This document shows positions 58,801 to 64,000 of a stretch of DNA of 64,000 nt, piece after piece. Positions within the stretch are counted from its first letter, which is position 1; every line of letters begins with the position of its first letter. Where the stretch lies: NCBI GenBank assembly GCA_048939995.1, contig JBHLOY010000003.1, positions 288,001 to 352,000 on the forward strand, given 5' to 3'. The DNA comes from Promethearchaeota archaeon. Its GTDB lineage: Archaea > Asgardarchaeota > Lokiarchaeia > Sigyniarchaeales > SOKP01. A program made the translations under genes and the position numbers. The notes beneath the pieces were generated by a model. It made no database searches, had not been told where the DNA came from, and worked only from the letters and a program-made list of their open reading frames with translations.

Positions 58801-61800
58801 ATTGAGAGTGCGGATCCATTAGAGTTAGGTAATACTGAAATGATTATGATTAATGCTTCAGATGCAGCTGGAATCAATCAGGTGCTAATTGAATTTGAGG
58901 GGTCTAACCATTCGATGACCTATTTTGGCGGTTTTACATGGCAATATAATTCATGGATTCCTTTTAGTATAGGTATTTATCCCTATATCATAAATATTCA
59001 AGATGGTAATGATAACTGGAATTCAACTAGTGGTACAATTACAGTTCAGGATTTAAATTCTCCTATATATTGGGGTTTAGTTGAAAGTGCAGACCCATTA
59101 GAATTAGGTGATACTGAAGTAATATCAATTAATGTTTCAGATATTTCGGGGATTAATCAAGTGTTAATTGAATTTGAAGAAGCAAATCATACAATGGAAA
59201 ACATCGGTGGAAATACCTGGCAATATAATTCATGGGTTCCTTTGGGTATTGGTGTTTATCCTTACATTATATATATCCAAGATGGTAATAATAACTGGAA
59301 TTCAACCAGTGGCATAATCACGGTTGAAGATACAATCTCTCCTGTATATTGGGATTTAATTGAAAGCGCAGATCCATTAGAGTTGGGAGAAACTGAAGTT
59401 ATATCAATAAACGTTTCAGATATTTCAGGAATTAATCAAGTTTTAATTGAATTTGAGGGATCGAACCATTCAATGACCTATTTTGGCGGTTTTATATGGC
59501 GATATAATTCATGGGGACCCTCAAACGTGGGTGTTTATTCTTACATAATCTACATTGAGGATACTTACAATAATTGGAATTTAACCAGTGGCACAATTAC
59601 GGTTGAAGATACAATCTCTCCTGTATATTGGGGTTTAATTGAGAGTGCAGACCCATTAGAGTTGGGTCAAACTGAAGTAATATCTATTAGTGTTTCAGAT
59701 ATTGCAGGGATTAATCAAGTGTTAATTGAATTTGAAGAAGTTAATCATACAATGGAATTTATTGGTGGAGATATATGGCACTATGATTCATGGGTTCCAT
59801 TGAGTATAGGTATTTATCCGTATAAAATCTACATTGAGGATGCTAATCAAAATTGGAATTCAACCAGTGGAATCATTACAGTTGAAGATACAACCTCCCC
59901 TGTATATTGGGGTTTAGTTGAGAGTGCAGATCCATTAGAATTGGGTAATACTGAAGTAATTATGATTAATGCTTCAGATGCAGCTGGAATTATTCAGGTA
60001 CTAATTGAATTTGAGGGGGACAATCATACAATGCAAAGCATCGGCGGAAATACTTGGCGATACAATTCATGGATTCCATTGAGTATAGGTATTTATCCTT
60101 ATATTATATATATTGAAGATAGCAATAATCTCTGGAATTCAACCAGTGGGACCATTACTGTTCAAGATGCAATCTCTCCAGTATATTGGGGTCTAGTTGA
60201 AAGTGCAGATCCATTAGAGTTAGGTAATACTGAGGTAATTTCTATCAATGTTTCAGATATTGCAGGGATTAATCAAGTATTAATTGAATTTGAGGAATCA
60301 AACCATTCAATGACTTATTTTGGCGGGTTTACATGGCAATATAATCTATGGGTTCCTTTGAGTATAGGAGTTTATCCTTATAAAATATTTATCCAAGATG
60401 GTAATAATAACTGGAATTCAACCAGTGGAACTATTACTGTTCAAGATACTACCCCTCCTGTATATTGGGCTTTGAATGAAAGTGCAGACCCATTAGAGTT
60501 GGGTCAAACTGAAGCAATATCAATTAATGTTTCAGATATTTCAGGGATTAATCAAGTGCTAATTGAATTTGAGGGGTTCAATCATACAATGCTAAATATT
60601 GAGGGAAATACTTGGCGATACAATTCGTGGATTCCATTGAGTGTAGGCATTTATCCTTACATTATATATATTGAAGATAGCAATAATCGCTGGAATTCAA
60701 CCAGTGGAACCATTACTGTTCAAGATACTACCCCTCCTGTATATTGGGCCTTGAATGAGAGTGCGGATCCATTAGAGTTGAGCCAAACTGAAGTAATATC
60801 TATTAATGTTTCAGATATTTCAGGGATTAATCAAGTGCTAATTGAATTTGAGGGGGTCAATCATACGATGGAAAATATTGAAGGAAATACTTGGCGATAC
60901 AATTCATGGGTTCCTTTGAGCATAGGTGTTTATCCTTACATTATATATATTGAAGATAGCAATAATCATTGGAATTCAACCAGTGGAACCATTGCTGTTC
61001 AAGATACTACCCCTCCTGTATATTGGGCCTTGAATGAGAGTGCAGATCCATTAGAGTTGGGCCAAACTGAAGTAATATCTATTAATGTGTCAGATGCTGC
61101 GGGAATCAATCAAGTACTGATTGAGTTTGAGGGATCCAACCATTCAATGACTTATTTTGACGGTTTTACATGGCAATATAATTCATGGGTTCCTTTGAGC
61201 ATAGGTGTTTATCCTTATATTATATATATTGAAGATGGCAATAATCACTGGAATTTAACCAGTGGAACCATTACTGTTCAAGATACTACCCCTCCTGTAT
61301 ATTGGGATTTAATTGAGAGTGCGGATCCATTAGAGTTAGGTGATACTGAAGTCATTATGATTAGTGTTTCTGATAGCTCTGGAATCAATCAAATTTTGAT
61401 TGAATTTGAGGGATCAAACCATTCAATGATTAAAATTGATATTAATACTTGGCAATATAATTCATGGGTTCCTTTGAGCATAGGTGTTTTTCCATATATA
61501 ATTTACATGAGGGATAACCATAATAATTGGAATTTAACTATTGGCGCAATTACAGTTCAAGATACAACCCCTCCTGCATTTTGGGCTTTAATTGAGAGTG
61601 CGGACCCATTGGAATTTGGAGATACTGAAGTAATATCAATTAATGTTTCAGATATCGCGGGGATTAATCAAGTGTTAATTGAATTTGAGGGGTCAAACCA
61701 TTCAATGATAAAAATTGATATTAATACTTGGCAATACAATTCATGGACTCCATTAAATACAGGAACATATACCTATACTATTCATATGGAAGATAATAAT

Positions 61801-64000
61801 AATAATTGGGGATTTATAAGCAGAACAATTAAAGTTGAAGATACGATCTCTCCTGTATATTGGGGTTTACTAGAAAGCGCAGATCCATTAGAGTTAGGTC
61901 AAACTGAAGTAATATCTATTAATGTTTCAGATATTTCAGGGATTAATCAAGTACTAATTGAATTTGAGAGTTCTAACCATACAATGATAAATGTTGAAGA
62001 TGATATCTGGCAATATAATTCATGGGTCCCATTAAGTACGGGAACATATAACTATACCATTTACATAGAAGATAACAATAATAACTGGAACTCTATTAGT
62101 GGAACTATAACAGTTACTGATACAATTTCACCTATCTATTGGGGTTTACTAGAAAGCGCAGATCCATTAGAATTGGGGAATATTGAAGTTATTACAATTA
62201 GTATTTCAGATCTCTCTGGAATAAAGCAAGTTCTAATTGAATTTGAAGGAACAAATCATTCAATGTTTAATATGGGAGGTTACGTTTGGCAATATGATTT
62301 ATGGATTCCTTCTGATATCGGTGTTTATGGATATAAAATATTTATGGAAGATAATAATAACAATTGGGAATCAATTAGTGGAACAATTAAGGTTGAAGAT
62401 ACAACACCTCCTGAATTTTGGGATTTAATTGAGAGCGCAGATCCATTAGAGTTGGGTCAAACTGAAGTAATATCAATTAATGTCTCAGATATTTCAGGGA
62501 TTAATCAAGTGTTAATTGAATTTGAAGGATCTAACCATTCAATGACCTATTTTGGCAGCTATACATGGCGATATAATTTATGGGTACCCTCAAACGTTGG
62601 TATTTATTCTTATATAATCTACATCGAGGATACTAATCATAATTGGAATTCTACAAGTGGGATCATTGCAGTTACTGATACAATTTCACCTGTCTATTGG
62701 AGTTTACTTGAAAGCGCAGACCCATTAGAATTGGGAGAAACTGAAGTAATATCAATTAATGTTTCAGATATTTCGGGGATTAATCAGGTACTAATCGAGT
62801 TTGAGGGATCTAACCATTCAATGACTTATTTTGGCAGTGATACATGGAATTATGACAGTTGGGTTCCTTTATTTACAGGAATATATACATATATCATATA
62901 TATCCAAGATGACAATAATAACTGGAATTCAACCAGTGGCACGATTACAGTTCAAGATACGACCTCTCCTGTATTTTGGGGTTTAATTGAGAATGCGGAT
63001 CCATTAGAATTAGGTGGTACTCAAATAATAACAATTAGTGTTTCAGATATTTCTGGAATCAATCAAGTACAGATTGAATTCGACGGGATAAACCATACAA
63101 TGACTCATATTGGTGGTGATACATGGAATTATGGCAATTGGGTTCCTTTAATTATAGGAATATATACATATACCATTTATATTGAAGATAATAATAATAA
63201 TTGGAATTCTACCTTTGATTTGAGTTATTCCGTTATAGATACTGTTGGACCAAGTTTATCAGGATTATTAGAAAGTGCGGATCCTTTAGAACTAGGCATG
63301 TCTGAAACGATTAGAATAAACATAAGCGATTTATCTCCAATTAATACCGTATGGATTCAGATTGAGGATTCTAATCACACTATGAATTATATCAGTGGAA
63401 ATATCTACGAATATGCTGGATGGCTTCCAACCACCATTGGAATAAAGACTTATTTGATTTATGCGAATGATAGCAGTGGAAACGTAAATTTCCTTTTAGA
63501 CACTATTACGGTTATAGATACTACAGGTCCAAATTTATTAGGGTTATTAGAAAGTGCGGATCCCTTAGAGTTGGGAATGTCTGAAACGATTAGAATAAAC
63601 ATAACTGATTTATCTCCAATTAACACTGTGTGGATCGAGACTGAGGAGGCCAATCACACTATGAGTTATATCAGTGGAAATATCTATGAATATGCTGGAT
63701 GGATTCCGATTGTGAGTGGAATAAAAATATATACTATATATGCGAACGATACTAATGGAAATATAAATTTTCTTTCAGATTTTATTACGGTTATAGATAC
63801 CATAGGACCACTTCTATCAGGATTATTTGAAAGTGTGGATCCCTTAGAGTTGGGAATGTCAGAAACGATTAAAATAAATGTAACTGATTTATCTCCAATT
63901 AATACTGTGTGGATCGAGATTGAGGATGTTAATTATACTATGAGCTATACCAGCGGAATTACCTATGAATATGTGGGGTGGTTTCCTGATATCATTGGAA
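55888..64000 (+). CDS. Giant cell-surface protein (at least 2,704 aa, runs off the window): NosD beta-helix, DUF2341-like and lectin-like domains, then at least 22 tandem 93-aa Ig-like repeats
   Basis: Frame-1 reading from ATG 55888; no stop found in the segments I translated, and all repeat units keep the same frame. Motifs WCSGSGT.TNPYIIEN, GNYWDNY, WWNVSYAYR...DGRDLRIV...YYLYYG and ESADPLELG repeats. Absent from the ORF track because it has no stop in the window. Confidence 0.9.
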   Translation, partial: MFALFESFVIFIGFFSLTLIKRKKFRKILSNSFLVLFGFILFIHCPFYIEINNDRNTIEPPIEGIHSYPKESGYWLVDHIEIDQNDVLKNWEVINQTYPWCSGSGTITNPYIIENVSINAFNYEIGISIRNSKGVYFEIKNCNIYNASIGIQLYTTDNGAIINNSISYNRNTGILIHNCKKNKIIGNIIQNNSQNGVLLNGPNSKNNALYRNQFIENERHALDNSGSNFNLWYNSSIGNYWDNYTGKDANDDNIGDISYDYISGGANSIDLYPIWWDAPSLKIDFPLNYSVHSKFAAKFQLIIQEGKGDTFWYEIAGQNSSFMPLTGLIEEEIVDVFTQDLWDLLTNGTQKIKFYVNDSKGYIASTDIIINLIIPDISNWWNVSYAYRAPIKLDNRHTRYLPKGYSVNVSINTLNLISMGKLQSDGRDLRIVWYNYSSDTWIELDRVNETNFNTNSTNIWFKTQRSINPNTYDGNYYLYYGYKDCNNPPINKSKVYHLFDGFTQSDGLAEGWTVINGTWLVDNNKYIETLLEIDGRSLLNSFTIENASIEVRLNSSGGNFGAGIMFRHQNNQNFYTAGIGFWEYEVAIGKWSDDIPYVLDNTSTLESVLNDNQWYNLKIEMLGPQYLVYLNGILKNNITDSDHLIAGQIGLMTWTNSAISCFDDLKVKLLIPNEPLLVLGSEETFKPRFSNLIESSDPLELGDIEIIFVNITDISGIKQALIEFEGINHSMTYLAGDRWVYDQWKPQNTGNYEYMIFSENLNGNWNSIEGSIQVIDTTLPTFLNLIESADPLELGDTEVITINASDISGINQLLIEFEGSNHTMQNIGENRWQYDSWIPLNVGVYPYMIYIEDNNHNWNSTAGAITVEDTISPVYWGLVESADPLELGQTEVISINVSDIAGINQVLIEFEEVNHTMEFIGGDIWHYDSWVPLSIGVYPYIIYIQDGNNNWNSTIGAITVQDTTSPLYWGLIESADPLELGNTEMIMINASDAAGINQVLIEFEGSNHSMTYFGGFTWQYNSWIPFSIGIYPYIINIQDGNDNWNSTSGTITVQDLNSPIYWGLVESADPLELGDTEVISINVSDISGINQVLIEFEEANHTMENIGGNTWQYNSWVPLGIGVYPYIIYIQDGNNNWNSTSGIITVEDTISPVYWDLIESADPLELGETEVISINVSDISGINQVLIEFEGSNHSMTYFGGFIWRYNSWGPSNVGVYSYIIYIEDTYNNWNLTSGTITVEDTISPVYWGLIESADPLELGQTEVISISVSDIAGINQVLIEFEEVNHTMEFIGGDIWHYDSWVPLSIGIYPYKIYIEDANQNWNSTSGIITVEDTTSPVYWGLVESADPLELGNTEVIMINASDAAGIIQVLIEFEGDNHTMQSIGGNTWRYNSWIPLSIGIYPYIIYIEDSNNLWNSTSGTITVQDAISPVYWGLVESADPLELGNTEVISINVSDIAGINQVLIEFEESNHSMTYFGGFTWQYNLWVPLSIGVYPYKIFIQDGNNNWNSTSGTITVQDTTPPVYWALNESADPLELGQTEAISINVSDISGINQVLIEFEGFNHTMLNIEGNTWRYNSWIPLSVGIYPYIIYIEDSNNRWNSTSGTITVQDTTPPVYWALNESADPLELSQTEVISINVSDISGINQVLIEFEGVNHTMENIEGNTWRYNSWVPLSIGVYPYIIYIEDSNNHWNSTSGTIAVQDTTPPVYWALNESADPLELGQTEVISINVSDAAGINQVLIEFEGSNHSMTYFDGFTWQYNSWVPLSIGVYPYIIYIEDGNNHWNLTSGTITVQDTTPPVYWDLIESADPLELGDTEVIMISVSDSSGINQILIEFEGSNHSMIKIDINTWQYNSWVPLSIGVFPYIIYMRDNHNNWNLTIGAITVQDTTPPAFWALIESADPLEFGDTEVISINVSDIAGINQVLIEFEGSNHSMIKIDINTWQYNSWTPLNTGTYTYTIHMEDNNNNWGFISRTIKVEDTISPVYWGLLESADPLELGQTEVISINVSDISGINQVLIEFESSNHTMINVEDDIWQYNSWVPLSTGTYNYTIYIEDNNNNWNSISGTITVTDTISPIYWGLLESADPLELGNIEVITISISDLSGIKQVLIEFEGTNHSMFNMGGYVWQYDLWIPSDIGVYGYKIFMEDNNNNWESISGTIKVEDTTPPEFWDLIESADPLELGQTEVISINVSDISGINQVLIEFEGSNHSMTYFGSYTWRYNLWVPSNVGIYSYIIYIEDTNHNWNSTSGIIAVTDTISPVYWSLLESADPLELGETEVISINVSDISGINQVLIEFEGSNHSMTYFGSDTWNYDSWVPLFTGIYTYIIYIQDDNNNWNSTSGTITVQDTTSPVFWGLIENADPLELGGTQIITISVSDISGINQVQIEFDGINHTMTHIGGDTWNYGNWVPLIIGIYTYTIYIEDNNNNWNSTFDLSYSVIDTVGPSLSGLLESADPLELGMSETIRINISDLSPINTVWIQIEDSNHTMNYISGNIYEYAGWLPTTIGIKTYLIYANDSSGNVNFLLDTITVIDTTGPNLLGLLESADPLELGMSETIRINITDLSPINTVWIETEEANHTMSYISGNIYEYAGWIPIVSGIKIYTIYANDTNGNINFLSDFITVIDTIGPLLSGLFESVDPLELGMSETIKINVTDLSPINTVWIEIEDVNYTMSYTSGITYEYVGWFPDIIG
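57967..64000 (+). repeat. Intragenic 279-bp tandem repeat array (at least 22 units)
   Basis: ESADPLELG-type units start at 57967, 58246, 58525 ... 62989 (19 units, 279-bp period), then 63271, 63550 and 63829. Confidence 0.92.

Noticed and set aside
55-63653. Short antisense or overlapping ORFs in the track (e.g. 55..348, 1487..1708, 16466..16999, 25786..26160, 51368..51691, 53614..53970, 56149..56343, 57828..58070, 62237..62428, 63459..63653)
   Set aside because: They lie within longer motif-supported genes on another frame or strand and show no recognisable features.
57967-64000. 279-bp tandem repeats as non-coding satellite, CRISPR or DGR repeats
   Set aside because: They are in-frame protein repeats with frequent third-position variation; no reverse transcriptase is present.

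Overview
AT-rich archaeal DNA that looks like an Asgard (Lokiarchaeia-type) chromosome. The evidence is roadblock/LC7 and longin-like proteins, wHTH-TPR proteins, NosD-type surface proteins with a C-terminal PGY-TM tail, and many TTG starts. I found no rRNA, tRNA, CRISPR array or transposase. The main feature is a cassette present three times (about 4.6-8.4, 24.3-28.7 and 31.0-35.1 kb). Each copy has a large tandem winged-helix + TPR protein, an immediately downstream COG0731-like radical SAM homolog, and a divergent transcript of small proteins. The radical SAM protein keeps CxxxCxxC in copy 1 but has lost it in copies 2 and 3. A TGAAGT-N4-ACTTCA palindrome sits in two of the three divergent promoters. 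Two unannotated paralogous 23-aa peptide genes (C-terminal I-[IV]-V-I-x-N-P-A-Y-I-x-Y) lie at 8362 and 11356, the first directly behind the cassette-1 divergent gene. Together these suggest a peptide-sensing regulatory system analogous to bacterial RRNPP/Rgg-SHP (inference). The window also holds three 28-bp intergenic repeats about 1 kb apart, a duplicated 59-nt hairpin, a GCS2-ligase/amidohydrolase operon and uppS. A giant surface protein (at least 2,704 aa, at least 22 tandem 93-aa repeats) runs off the right edge and is missing from the ORF track.
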